A stretch of DNA of 64,000 nucleotides from Nitrospirota bacterium (GTDB lineage Bacteria > Nitrospirota > Thermodesulfovibrionia > Thermodesulfovibrionales > UBA9159). The notes under the pieces are model-generated. The model worked only from the letters and a program-made list of their open reading frames with translations, made no database searches and had not been told where the DNA came from. Positions 50,001-59,876 of this stretch are shown here, one piece after another. The stretch lies in contig CAVOUE010000006.1 of assembly GCA_963699545.1 (NCBI GenBank), positions 320,001 through 384,000 of the forward strand. The letters run 5' to 3'. Numbering within the stretch: position 1 is the stretch's first letter; every line of letters starts with the position of its first letter. The translations under genes and the position numbers were made by a program.

Positions 50001-50255
50001 AAGCCGCCCTGACATAAATCCCGGGGGATTATTGACGACAATATCATGGAGGTTTATTTCTCCTCCAGGGCTGAAAGAGATATCCCCTATGGTAACGCTC
50101 TGGCCGAAGAGCACGGTCGCCTTTTGGGAAATTTTCTGCACGAATGTCTTCTTGAGGTCGCGATAGCGGAAATAACTGATGCCGATAAAAAAAATTATGA
50201 GAACTGCGAAGGTCGCAGAGGTTATTTTGAGAACCTTTTTCCCGGTTGGCGTCAT
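47031..50255 (-). CDS. AsmA-like / YdbH-like large periplasmic beta-taco protein
   Basis: N-terminal TM plus AsmA-type start (LHDIVVNNPPGF), ~1000 aa of amphipathic beta-strands, FGGKLNG motif; upstream of the ydbL-like gene. Confidence 0.7.
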   Translation of the reverse strand: MTPTGKKVLKITSATFAVLIIFFIGISYFRYRDLKKTFVQKISQKATVLFGQSVTIGDISFSPGGEINLHDIVVNNPPGFMSGRLLRVKRLALGPRWRELVRGRFSFRDIEVRSPELTLITGEKGGMNVSDELKSFLSKKGTTKYQIDELRIRSGTVSFDNSLMTMGRDIDLSMKNLSSREDARTLLSGALSYAGNAVQIEGWAHLNSADKHYNVSFSADDLSFSAFKKILERYRVDAERVRAALKVNAEGDAVKGCRVTSRMRFKEGGFLPFYKDKRGVRLESDAFYDNRESSFIVNDLSLYQDNVSLMHLKGSFMDIGKHPSYVADVTIGKIDLSLFNIIKGTEIRGEVTSGGVRIKGSPGNRVSEVSGAIRLRGGAVRSSDIHIEKADAEITFSTGTEMSVNTVLSAKILSLRGYGADIPVDASLSLKARGGPERMATTSDIHLSSVSLKTQDGTSLLMDRMDSSVEGTLVHGALFAGKGTVGMKGITFGDYKIPSFNGSLYVDYRKGLIAIRDLKLNSGEARASVGRIDVKRHERQSAWSVEIKDMSALYPAREFRVDNTDIVLNLRTDKKAVSGEIALSSGNITFQGIPARVTSGSVRFDENDFSLSLPLAEIAGGRASLSAKGKVSRGPFPLNADIHAGGIDLGVLAGASQFNKLSYAASGTLEHAAFNGTMDSPESLQGKILIGTKNLSLVKKDNKKTIVKGAGLDAEIICKGRDCGFRTDMAAGSIRAAASGEVKRFAEKERVVTMKALLPETKLTDIRTSLWDIFPEGLLYGGLDGYLSSDVAMEHSDHGMKATGTIRLANVLLQGENGEYSVGAINGIVPFQYDTAHHAQNITGMPSFEPSEFTALSRHYSREFVEDGYQKITINSLRYGFRILDAVNIWVKQEENGLNIGRLSANMFGGKLNGSARVDFSDGLTYRAGILLEGLSLAQLCEEIEPLKGYISGKVDGTATVKGSGAGVSRLIGKADFRSYSSGGEKTKVSREFLQKIGGPSLKAYIEDRSFDKGVMGLYLQNGFVIFRELEISHRNMVGVTDLSVKVAPFNNRIEINHLLWTVTEAAQRAGDKQ

Positions 50256-50386
50256 ACTTTATCTCTCTGTTAAACGAAGTGCACTGCGAAAAAATCCCAT
50301 TTATCCGATTATACAGCAGATTAAAGAGAAAGACACGGTCGAGATGATGAATGTCAGGAAGCGCTGTCGATCGAAGATAAGTGAAC

Positions 50387-50426
50387 TTGACAGTGCTTCT
50401 CTTATGTGTTACACTGTCTTACATAA
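50387..50426 (+). promoter_or_regulatory. Promoter and imperfect palindromic operator of the RHH/PIN TA pair
   Basis: TTGACA-N17-TACACT; TTATGT...ACATAA inverted arms spanning the -10. Confidence 0.65.
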
Positions 50427-50441
50427 AGAAAGGAGGGCACA

Positions 50442-50660
50442 ATGCGCGACACGATTACCATACGGCTGCCCGAGAAACTCCAGCGAGACCTGAATAGGGT
50501 TGTAAAAGCCGAAAAGACATCGAAAAGTGACGTGATCAGGGATGCCATAGAGCGTTACATCGCGCTCAAACGGTTTCAGCAACTGAGGAAGAAAGTCCTT
50601 CCTTTTGCCGAAGCAGAAGGCCTGGTCACCGACGAAGACGTTTTCAAGGCGATCTCTTGA
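50442..50660 (+). CDS. Ribbon-helix-helix (CopG) antitoxin
   Basis: TITIRLP...SKSDVIRDAI; AGGAGG RBS; overlaps the PIN gene. Confidence 0.85.
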   Translation: MRDTITIRLPEKLQRDLNRVVKAEKTSKSDVIRDAIERYIALKRFQQLRKKVLPFAEAEGLVTDEDVFKAIS

Positions 50661-51052
50661 GGATCGTGCTTGACACAAATGTAATTGTGGCTGCTTTTGC
50701 GACCCGCGGTCTGTGTGCAGAGGTATTTGAAGTTTGCGCTTCCAACCATGCCATCGTGATGAGCGAACATATCCTTGCTGAGGTCAGTAGTGCATTTCGA
50801 AAAAAGGTAAAACTTCCCGAGGAGATCGTCCATGACGTAACCGGCTATTTGAGAGATATAGCAGAAACGGTGAAACCGGACCATATTGACACCTCTGCTT
50901 GCAGAGACAAGCATGATCTCCCCGTCATTGGAACGGCAACGAAAGGGAATGCTGATTTCATTGTTACGGGAGATGCTGATCTATTGGCACTCAAAAGCTA
51001 CCGGGGGATTGATATTATAACCCCTCGGGAATTATGGAATCGTCTGAGATAA
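50657..51052 (+). CDS. PIN-domain toxin (VapC-like, PIN_3 type)
   Basis: RIVLDTNV, CRDKHD, FIVTGDADLL and IITP motifs. Confidence 0.9.
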   Translation: MRIVLDTNVIVAAFATRGLCAEVFEVCASNHAIVMSEHILAEVSSAFRKKVKLPEEIVHDVTGYLRDIAETVKPDHIDTSACRDKHDLPVIGTATKGNADFIVTGDADLLALKSYRGIDIITPRELWNRLR

Positions 51053-51322
51053 AGAATCATCGGCCCTGTTTGAATAACACCTCATAATTGTCAAGATGCT
51101 TCGATTTGTCAGTTGCTGTGAGAACACCGTTCCGATCCTCACGACCTTCGCACGTTTGCTTCTGGATGTAGCCGCTGACCCTATTCTTCCCCCGAAACTG
51201 CATAATAGCAGGAGTACTCCACAATCGTCGGAAGACAAACATAATGGACTTCTCGGGAAGAATGTCTCACAGGCAAATCACTGGCAACTCATGGACAAAA
51301 CTGACGGACAACTACCGACTCC

Positions 51323-54300
51323 CTACTCCTTCCCGTCCCTGTGATATTCATTCAGAGACTTTATATGGATCTTCCTCTTCAGGAGCATCTCGATCGCTTT
51401 TACCACGGCATTGGCGCCGGTCAGCGTCGTGGTGAAGGGCACGCGGTACTGGAGGGCGCTCTGCCGGATGGAGGAGGAGTCCTTCTGTGCCTGAGCGCCG
51501 CTCACCGTGTTGACCACAAAGCTTATCTCCTTATTCTTGATAAGGTCCACGATATGGGGTCTTCCCTCCATTACCTTATTCACCACTCCCACCTCGATCC
51601 CTTTATTCCTGAGGTGCTCGGCAGTCCCCCGCGTGGCGATGACATCAAAGCCCATCTCCAGGAATTTCTGCACGATACGGCACGTGCCGGGCTTGTCCTT
51701 GTCCTTCACGCTGATGAATATCTTCCCGGACAGGGGAACTTTGTTACCGCTGGACTCCTGGGCCTTTGCATAGGCAAGACCGAAATCCTCATCGATCCCC
51801 ATCACTTCACCCGTGGACTTCATCTCGGGTCCGAGGATCGTGTCCACGCCGTGGAAACGGTCAAAGGGGAAGACCGCCTCTTTCACCGCCATATGCTTCA
51901 TCTCCCGCTCCGCGAGGAGGCCGAGTTCCTTCAGAGTCATTCCGCCCAGGATCTTTGCCGCCACCTTTGCCAGGGGAACCCCTGTGGCCTTTGAGACAAA
52001 GGGCACCGTCCTTGACCCCCTCGGGTTCACCTCGAGGATATAGATCTCTCCGTCCTTGACCGCAAACTGGATATTCATCAGGCCGACGACATTCAGTTCC
52101 TTTGCCAGGGCCCTGGTCTGTCTCTTTATCTCATCCACGATGGGACTGCTGAGGGAGTAAGGAGGCAGGGAGCATGCCGAGTCCCCGGAGTGGATCCCTG
52201 CCTCTTCGATATGCTCCATAACGCCGCCGATGATGACGTCGGTGCCGTCAGCTATGGCATCCACATCGACCTCGATGGCGTCTTCAAGATACTTGTCGAC
52301 CAGCACCGGGTGTTCGGGAGAGGCCTTCACCGCCCGCCGCATATAGTCAGCAAGGGATTTTTCATCGTACACGATCTCCATGGCCCTTCCTCCGAGGACA
52401 TAGGAAGGCCTCACCATGACGGGGTATCCGATGTGCGCTGCAATCTCCAGCGCCTCATCAGGAGACATCGCCGTGTCGCTCTCGGCCTGTTTCAGGTTGA
52501 GCTTATGGAGAAGTTCCCTGAACCTCCTCCTGTCCTCTGCCCGGTCGATGGAGTCGGGGGATGTGCCGAGGATATTCACCCCTTCCCTTTCCAGGGGAAC
52601 CGCGAGCCTGAGGGGCGTCTGCCCACCGAACTGGACGATCACTCCCTCCGGCTTTTCGGTCTCTATGATACTGAGGACGTCCTCTATGGTGAGGGGTTCG
52701 AAATAGAGCCGGTCGGCGGTATCATAGTCGGTGCTCACTGTTTCCGGGTTACAGTTGATCATGATCGTCTCATACCCCAGTTCTCTGAGGGCAAAAACCG
52801 CATGGACGCAGCAGTAGTCGAACTCGATCCCCTGCCCTATCCTGTTGGGACCGGAGCCGAGGATGACCACCTTTTTTCTGTCGGTGGGGTTTGATTCGGA
52901 TTCAACCGCAGGGTCAGAGGATTCGGGAGTGAGAGGGTTCTCTCTTTGCCGTGACCCTATCTGATAGAAAGGTCTTTCATACGTCGAATAGAGATACGGG
53001 GTATATGCCTCAAACTCTGCAGCGCAGGTATCCACCATCTTATACACCGCATGCATACCGTACCGCTTCCGGAGATGGCGTATCTCCTCCTCCTTTACCT
53101 TCAGAAGCCCTGCAATGGTCCTGTCAGAGAAGCCGTTCTCCTTTGCTTCACGCAATAAGGGTTCAGAGATCTGAACGTTCGGGTCCCGCAGGCCATCGGG
53201 ATTGACCCCTTGAACCCCTGAACTCTTTATCCTCTCTTCCACGGCCAGTATCTTTCTTATGTGGTTCAGGAACCACGGGTCTATTCCGGTAAGTTCATGT
53301 ATCTCGCTCACAGGCATGCCGTTCCTGAACCCCTGGGCCACATGCCATATCCTCTCGGCATTGGGGATCTTCAGCTTTGCCTTGAGCTCATCGGAAGTGA
53401 CCTGCACTTCTTCGAATCCGTAACTCCCGATCTCGAGGCTCCTTAAGGCCTTCTGGAGAGATTCGTAAAGGTCCTTCCGATGGACATGGCCTCTCCCACT
53501 GACTTCATCTGTGTGGTGAGGGTCGCGTCCGCCTCGGGGAATTTCTCGAAGGCAAAACGGGGGAACTTCGTCACCACATAATCGATCGTCGGCTCAAAGG
53601 ACGCAGGGGTCTCCTTTGTAATGTCATTGGGAATCTCATCCAGGGTAAGTCCCACCGCCAGTTTCGCAGCTATCTTTGCGATGGGAAACCCCGTGGCCTT
53701 GCTCGCGAGGGCTGAACTCCTCGAGACCCTCGGGTTCATCTCTATGACGACCATCCTCCCGTTTTCAGGACTGACCGCGAACTGGATGTTCGATCCCCCC
53801 GTATCCACACCGATCTCCCGGATAATGGCGATGGAGGCATCCCGCATCCTCTGGTATTCCTTGTCGGTGAGGGTCTGGGCAGGGGCGACGGTAATGGAAT
53901 CCCCGGTATGGACCCCCATGGGATCGAAGTTCTCGATGGAGCAGATGATCACCACATTGTCCTTCATGTCCCGCATCACTTCCAGTTCATATTCCTTCCA
54001 GCCGATGACCGATTCCTCCACGAGGACCTGGTGAACAGGGCTGAGTTTCAGTCCGTTGTCCAGGAGCCCCATATACTCTTCCATGTTATAGGCGATGCCG
54101 CCCCCTGTCCCGCCCAACGTAAAGGAAGGCCTCAGGATCGCGGGAAACCCTATGCGATCAATGGCATCCAGTCCTTCCTTTAAGCTGCCCACATACGCCG
54201 ATTGCGGGACTTCAAGTCCTATCCTCTCCATGGCTTCCTTGAACAATTCGCGGTCCTCAGCCTTTTTTATCGCAGGGAGCTTTGCGCCGATGAGCTCTAC

Positions 54301-54636
54301 CTGGTATCTCCCGAGGACTCCTGACTCCGCAAGCTCCACCGCGAGGTTCAGGGCGGTCTGTCCGCCCATGGTGGGAAGCAGGGCATCAGGCTTCTCATTC
54401 GCTATAATGAGCTCAACCACCTCCACGGTAAGGGGCTCGATGTATACCGCGTCAGCCGTCTCAGGGTCGGTCATGATGGTGGCGGGGTTTGAGTTCACGA
54501 GCACTACCGTATAGCCCTCCTCCCGAAGGGCCTTGCACGCCTGTGTGCCGGAATAATCGAACTCGCATGCCTGGCCGATGACGATGGGTCCCGAACCTAT
54601 CAAAAGTATTTTCTTCAGGTCAGTTCTCTTCGGCAC
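51323..54636 (-). CDS. carB: Carbamoyl-phosphate synthase large subunit; apparent -1 frameshift near 53465
   Basis: [42 protein letters not shown] and MKSTGEVMG; adding one base restores [11 protein letters not shown]. Confidence 0.96.
53161..53225. repeat. Octamer tract plus hairpins in frame within carB
   Basis: TTGACCCC-TTGAACCC-CTGAACTC (53202-53225); GTTCAGA-GA-TCTGAAC and TCCCG...CGGGA hairpins. Confidence 0.6.
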
Positions 54637-54685
54637 GTTCACCTCTCATCGACAAAATATCCCTATCATCACGCTGAGTAGCCAT

Positions 54686-55312
54686 TTACACCATCCAGAC
54701 CGCATCAGGCAAAAGCCCGCTCAGTGAACTCTTCAGTTCGGCGATCATCGACTCGGCAGCCTGCCTCGCCCTGGCGCTGAAGATCACCGGCTTCTCCCCG
54801 CCGAAGTCCAGCTCCACCGCATAAAAATCTTCTGTCTTTCCGAATCCCGGTATGACCGTACCATGCTGGAGGGCAACCCTCTCCACAAGTTGCACGGCAT
54901 CCATATTTTCCGGTTGCATTGATATATGAACAAGCCGGATAGCAGTCAGCCCATCCAATAAATAGGACTTTGCACTGCCGCCGATCGTCCTTTTCAGAGA
55001 AAGGGTGACGGCCCTCTTCTCCCCGTCAAAAACCGCCTCGAGAGCCACTTCCCGGAAAAAATATAACCTGAAAATAATGAAAAGGACCGCAAATAGCAGT
55101 GCAACTGCCATCAGGTAAAGAGCAGATATCCTAAAGTAAAGCGCAAAAAAAAAGCTCAGCACCACGATCACAGCCCCTGCTGCGAGGCTCGATGCAAGCT
55201 CACGGTTGAAGATGCCGCTGTGGAGGACACTCCTGCGCTCTGTCTTAAAGGAGGATGTCTTCAGCACGACAGTATTGCCTCTCTTTTCGATGTGATACGG
55301 TTTCTCCTTCAT
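54686..55312 (-). CDS. Hypothetical membrane protein (two TM helices)
   Basis: 208-aa ORF co-oriented between the flavin reductase gene and carB. Confidence 0.7.
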   Translation of the reverse strand: MKEKPYHIEKRGNTVVLKTSSFKTERRSVLHSGIFNRELASSLAAGAVIVVLSFFFALYFRISALYLMAVALLFAVLFIIFRLYFFREVALEAVFDGEKRAVTLSLKRTIGGSAKSYLLDGLTAIRLVHISMQPENMDAVQLVERVALQHGTVIPGFGKTEDFYAVELDFGGEKPVIFSARARQAAESMIAELKSSLSGLLPDAVWMV

Positions 55313-55348
55313 TCAGGCAGTAAATGCAAAACTCAACACCCACAACTC

Positions 55349-55873
55349 TTATTTCTTGAAATAGACGATCCTGCTTCCACCGAGGTGGAGGGGGATATTT
55401 GCTTCCTCATCCCATAAGCCCTTTTCGACATATCGTTCATCCGCGTATGCGATACGGACCTTGCCGAAAAATGCATCACATTCCCCTGCATCAACGGTCT
55501 TCCATACCTTGCACTCAATATACCCTATGCATCCACCAATGACAGGAGGTTTCACCTTTATTGCACCGATTTTCTTCAATCCGGCCTTTTTGAACTTATC
55601 AGTATTTCTTCCGGAAGTTTTTCCACATATCCATAAAGCCTTCAGAAGCTTTTTTGTGGGGACGTTTATGACAAACTCTCTCGTCTGTCTTATCAGCCGG
55701 GCGGTATGACTTTCCTTTGACACGCAGACCATCACGATGGGCGGCTCCTCGCTCACGGGAGTGGCCCATGCACAGGTCATGACATTGGGCCTTCCTTCCT
55801 TATCGGCACTCGTCAGGAAGAAAGCCATCTTCGGATGGAGGAGGTGGTAGATGCCTGACGTGAATTCCTTCAT
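55349..55873 (-). CDS. Flavin reductase-like (flavoredoxin) protein
   Basis: PNVMTCAWATPVS.EPP, EFVINVP, CGKTSGRNTDKF and IECKV motifs; TGATG coupling to carA. Confidence 0.88.
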   Translation of the reverse strand: MKEFTSGIYHLLHPKMAFFLTSADKEGRPNVMTCAWATPVSEEPPIVMVCVSKESHTARLIRQTREFVINVPTKKLLKALWICGKTSGRNTDKFKKAGLKKIGAIKVKPPVIGGCIGYIECKVWKTVDAGECDAFFGKVRIAYADERYVEKGLWDEEANIPLHLGGSRIVYFKK

Positions 55874-57009
55874 CAGCATTCCCTTCCTTCGATCATCTCC
55901 CTGAACCTTGTGAACAGCATCACAGAATCATTCGGGCCCGGTCCAGCCTCGGGATGATGCTGCACAGAGAATATGGGCATTTCCACGTGGTGCATGCCCT
56001 CTTCCGTTCCGTCGTAGAGGTTCTTGTGCGTGAGCCTGGCCTGACCGTGAAGACTATTGATGTCAACACAGTAATTGTGGTTCTGGGAGGTGATCTCGAC
56101 CTTCCCTGAGGAGAGGTCTTTCACCGGGTGGTTTCCGCCGTGATGGCCGAACTTCAGTTTATAGGTCCTGCCCCCCATCGCGAGGCCCAATATCTGGTGA
56201 CCGAGACAGATCCCGAAAATCGGTTTCTTGCCCATGAGCTTCCGCGCATTCTCAATGGCATAGGTAACGGTCTCGGGGTCTCCGGGGCCGTTGCTCAGGA
56301 TTATCCCGTCCGGGTCCATTTCGAGGACCTTCTCCGCAGGTGTCTGAGCAGGCACAACCGTCACACCAAAGCCCGCTTCCACAAGGTTCCTCAAAATATT
56401 GAACTTGACCCCGAAATCATAGACGACCGCCTTAACCCCCCCCATCCCCCCCTTGGCAAGGGGGGGATGGGGGGGTTGGCACCACTTCCAGCATCCCTCG
56501 TTCCACTCGTATGTTTCTTTGGTGGTTACGTCCTTCACAAGATCGAAAGCTGATATCCCGGGATGTGCCCTCACCTTTGAAAGAAGACCGGTCGGATCCA
56601 CATCTGCGGTCGAGATGATCCCCATCTGGGCGCCGTGATTTCTCAAATGCCTCGTCAATCCCCTTGTGTCGATACCCTGAATGCCGACGACGTTATGCCT
56701 TTTCAGATAGTCAGTGAGTCCGAGGGACGAGCGCCAGCTGGAGGGAAAATCGCATGCCTCCTTCACAATAAACCCCTCCGCCTTGACCCCTCCGGCAGAC
56801 TCGATATCCTCTTCATTCACCCCGTAATTGCCTATCTGGGTGTAGGTCATGGTGACGATCTGGCCTCTATATGACGGGTCCGTGAGGATCTCCTGATATC
56901 CGGTCATGGAGGTGTTGAACACCACCTCCCCCATGGTCTCTCCCTCTGCGCCGAAGGACGTTCCTTCGAACACCGCGCCATCCGACAGCACAAGCAGCGC
57001 CTTATCCAT
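55873..57009 (-). CDS. carA: Carbamoyl-phosphate synthase small subunit
   Basis: [29 protein letters not shown] and [10 protein letters not shown] motifs. Confidence 0.98.
   Translation of the reverse strand: MDKALLVLSDGAVFEGTSFGAEGETMGEVVFNTSMTGYQEILTDPSYRGQIVTMTYTQIGNYGVNEEDIESAGGVKAEGFIVKEACDFPSSWRSSLGLTDYLKRHNVVGIQGIDTRGLTRHLRNHGAQMGIISTADVDPTGLLSKVRAHPGISAFDLVKDVTTKETYEWNEGCWKWCQPPHPPLAKGGMGGVKAVVYDFGVKFNILRNLVEAGFGVTVVPAQTPAEKVLEMDPDGIILSNGPGDPETVTYAIENARKLMGKKPIFGICLGHQILGLAMGGRTYKLKFGHHGGNHPVKDLSSGKVEITSQNHNYCVDINSLHGQARLTHKNLYDGTEEGMHHVEMPIFSVQHHPEAGPGPNDSVMLFTRFREMIEGREC
56434..56477. repeat. 44-bp near-perfect C/G palindrome in frame within carA
   Basis: AA-C8-AT-C7-TTG-G-CAA-G7-AT-G7-TT; encodes [13 protein letters not shown]. 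Confidence 0.85.
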
Positions 57010-58314
57010 TTATCTTCCCCTTGCATATGGTCGTTACAGGCATCCCTTGCAATGCCCAGCCTTCAAAGGGGGTATTCTTGCCCTTGGAAGCGAAAGCCTC
57101 CGCCGCCACCCGCCATCCTCTGTTAGGATCGATGATGGCAACATCTGCGTCAGAGCCAACCTTTAACGTCCCCTTGTTCAACTTCATTATCCGGGCAGGA
57201 TTCAGTGCCATCTTTTCTGTAAGCTGCGTCATGGTCAAAATTCCGTTATGAACGAGTCTGAGGCTTAATGACAGCGCGGTCTCAAGCCCTGATATGCCGG
57301 AGGGTGCCTTATCGAATTCCCTGAGTTTCTCGTCCCGGTGATGGGGGGCATGGTCCGTAGCGATGACATCAATGGTGCCGTCCCTCAGTCCTTCCTTAAT
57401 GGCGTCCACATCCCGCTGCGTCCTTAGGGGAGGATTCACTTTCGCATTGGTATCATAGCCTTTCACCGCTTCCTCTGTGATGCTGAAATAATGGGGGCAG
57501 GTCTCTGCAGTGACGCCCGTTCCTCTCTCCTTTGGCCTGTCGTATGAGTTGCACAGAGCCTGCCGTGGAAACATGGGCGATATGGAGCCTTCCACCGGTC
57601 AGTTCCGCAAGGATTATATCCCTTGCCACCATCACCTCTTCCGAGGCTGCAGGTATCCTGCTTAATCCGAGAGACTGTGGAAACCGTTCCCTCATTCATC
57701 ACCCCGCCGTCGGAGAGGTTGAGGTCTTCGCAGTGGGAGATAATCGGCACGATGAATACCTTCGAATATTCCAGAGCCCTTCTCATCAGAAGGCTGTTCA
57801 TCACCGGATGACCGTCATCGGAAAAAGCCACGCACCCCGCCTCGAACATCATTCCCATTTCGGCAAGTTCTTCGCCCTTCTGACCCTTTGTGATCGCGCC
57901 TATGGGAAAGACATGGCAAGCTCCTTCGGCATAGGCCTTTCGGAGGATGAACTCTGTAACGGTTTCATTATCATTCACCGGGTCTGTATTCGGCATACAG
58001 CAAACAGAGGTGAATCCGCCCTTCACCGCAGCCATGGTTCCCGAACTGATGGTCTCCTTGCCTTCAAATCCCGGTTCCCTCAGATGCGTATGCATATCGA
58101 CAAGCCCGGGAAGAACGTAAATCCTGTGGCGTCAACGACATGGGGTTTAGGGGTTGGGGGCTGGAGATCTTCTTTCTTCTTTTTTGCCAATCTCTGATAC
58201 CGTATTCCCAAACCCCTTTATCTTTCCGTTCTCGATCAACAGGTCGCCCACCCCGTCGATCCCCTGGGAGGGGTCTATGATATGGCCGTTCTCTATCAGT
58301 ATGCTATTATCCAT
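57002..58314 (-). CDS. pyrC: Dihydroorotase (type I); at least four apparent indels
   Basis: [15 protein letters not shown] start at 58314; [46 protein letters not shown] and SKGKNTPF are spread over several frames. Confidence 0.92.
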
Positions 58315-59229
58315 TTCCCCCTTCTCTGCTCAGGAGGTACATCACCGCCATCCTCACCGCTATCCCGTTCGTCACCTGGTCAAGGATGACCGACCTCGGA
58401 CAGAATCCGCCACATCAGAGGATATCTCGATTCCCCTGTTCATAGGGCCGGGATGCATCACAAGGGCATCCCTCTTCGCACGTGTAAGCCTCTTCAGTGG
58501 TCCAGTCCCCAGTATCTGAAAGTACTCCTGGGTGGACGGGAAGAATCCCCTCCCCTGCCTCTCCATCTGGATCCTGAGCATCATGACCACGTCCGCGTCC
58601 TTCAGTCCCTCATCCATGTCGGAAAAGAGTTCAACGTCGTACCCTTTCATCTCCGGAACAAGGGTAGGCGGCCCGATGAGTCTGATGCGGGCCCCGAACT
58701 TTGAGAGGAGATACACATCGGATTTCGCAACCCTGCTGTGAAAGACATCCCCCACGATAGCTATGGTGAGTCCCTGGAGGCTTCCCTTCCTTTCAATAAT
58801 GGTAAAGGCATCAAGCAATGCCTGGGTAGGATGCTCGTTGATACCGTCACCGGCATTTATGACCGACGCGTTCACATTCCTGGCAATGAAATGCGGCGCC
58901 CCGCTGGAGGAATGCCGTATCACGATGAAGTCCACGCCGTACGCTTCGATGGTCTTCACCGTATCATAAAGACTCTCGCCTTTCACCACACTGCTGGTCG
59001 GTACTGAAAAGTTCAGCACGTCAGTGCTCAACCTCTTCTCTGCCAGCTCAAAGGAGGTCTTTGTCCTCGTGGAAGGCTCAAAAAAGAGGTTGACCGTGGT
59101 CTTTCCCCTGAGGGTCGGAACCTTCTTTATATCCCTCTTCAGCACGTCCTTGAAAGAGGAAGCGGTGCTGAGTATGAGCTCAATATCCTCCCGGGAACTG
59201 TCCTTTATGCCGACCAGGTCCTTAAGCAT
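58307..59229 (-). CDS. pyrB: Aspartate carbamoyltransferase catalytic subunit; indels near the 3' end
   Basis: [16 protein letters not shown] and [10 protein letters not shown]-terminal [14 protein letters not shown] lies in another frame ending at TAA 58307. Confidence 0.95.
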
Positions 59230-59773
59230 CTTCGCCTGATGATACTAAATAGACGCCATCTTCACGGCCGTCCTCTTCAAGCTGCATCTCTATGTTTTCT
59301 CCCCTCGATGTGGGGATATTCTTTCCGACATAATCCGCCCTGACCGGCAGTTCCCTGTGTCCCCTGTCAAGGAGCACCGCCAGCTGTATCTGGGACGGTC
59401 TTCCAAAATCCATGAGAGCGTCCATGGCCGCCCGTATGGAACGCCCGGTGAAAAGCACATCGTCCACCAGGATTATCTTCTTGTCCGTGAGGTCCCATGG
59501 GATATTCGTCTTTCTCACCACAGGATGCTCCTTTCTCATGCCGAGGTCATCCCGGTACAGAGAGATGTCAAGGGAGCCCACGGGGATATCGACGTCTTCA
59601 ATCGCCTTGATGCGCGCGGAAATCCTCTTCGCAAGATGCACCCCGCCCCGCTGAATGCCGACGATGCAGAGGTTTTCTGTTCCCTTGTTCTTTTCGATGA
59701 TCTCATGGGCCATGCGCGAGAGAATCCTCTCGATATCCTTTTTGTTGAGAAGTTCTTTTGTCATTCCGGGCAT
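59222..59773 (-). CDS. pyrR: Bifunctional pyr regulator / uracil phosphoribosyltransferase
   Basis: [24 protein letters not shown] and [15 protein letters not shown] motifs. Confidence 0.97.
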   Translation of the reverse strand: MPGMTKELLNKKDIERILSRMAHEIIEKNKGTENLCIVGIQRGGVHLAKRISARIKAIEDVDIPVGSLDISLYRDDLGMRKEHPVVRKTNIPWDLTDKKIILVDDVLFTGRSIRAAMDALMDFGRPSQIQLAVLLDRGHRELPVRADYVGKNIPTSRGENIEMQLEEDGREDGVYLVSSGEDA

Positions 59774-59876
59774 AAAAAAACCCTCCCCATCAGTCATGGG
59801 AAAGGTCTGTTTGGCTTTGTTTCAGCAGCTTGGGCTCCTTTGCCTTCACAGCCTCACCGGGCTGTTCTTAAAGGCA
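59774..59876 (-). promoter_or_regulatory. PyrR-binding attenuator leader
   Basis: Minus strand TGCCTTTAAGAACAGCCCGGTGAGGCTGTGAAGGCA resembles the PyrR binding loop; followed by hairpin ACCTTTCCCAT...ATGGGGAGGGT plus a T-run. TTGACA at 59911 upstream. Confidence 0.85.

Noticed and set aside
57002-59229. pyrB/pyrC decay (pyrimidine auxotrophy)
   Set aside because: Catalytic motifs and the attenuator are intact; compensating indels cluster locally, as expected from low-quality consensus.
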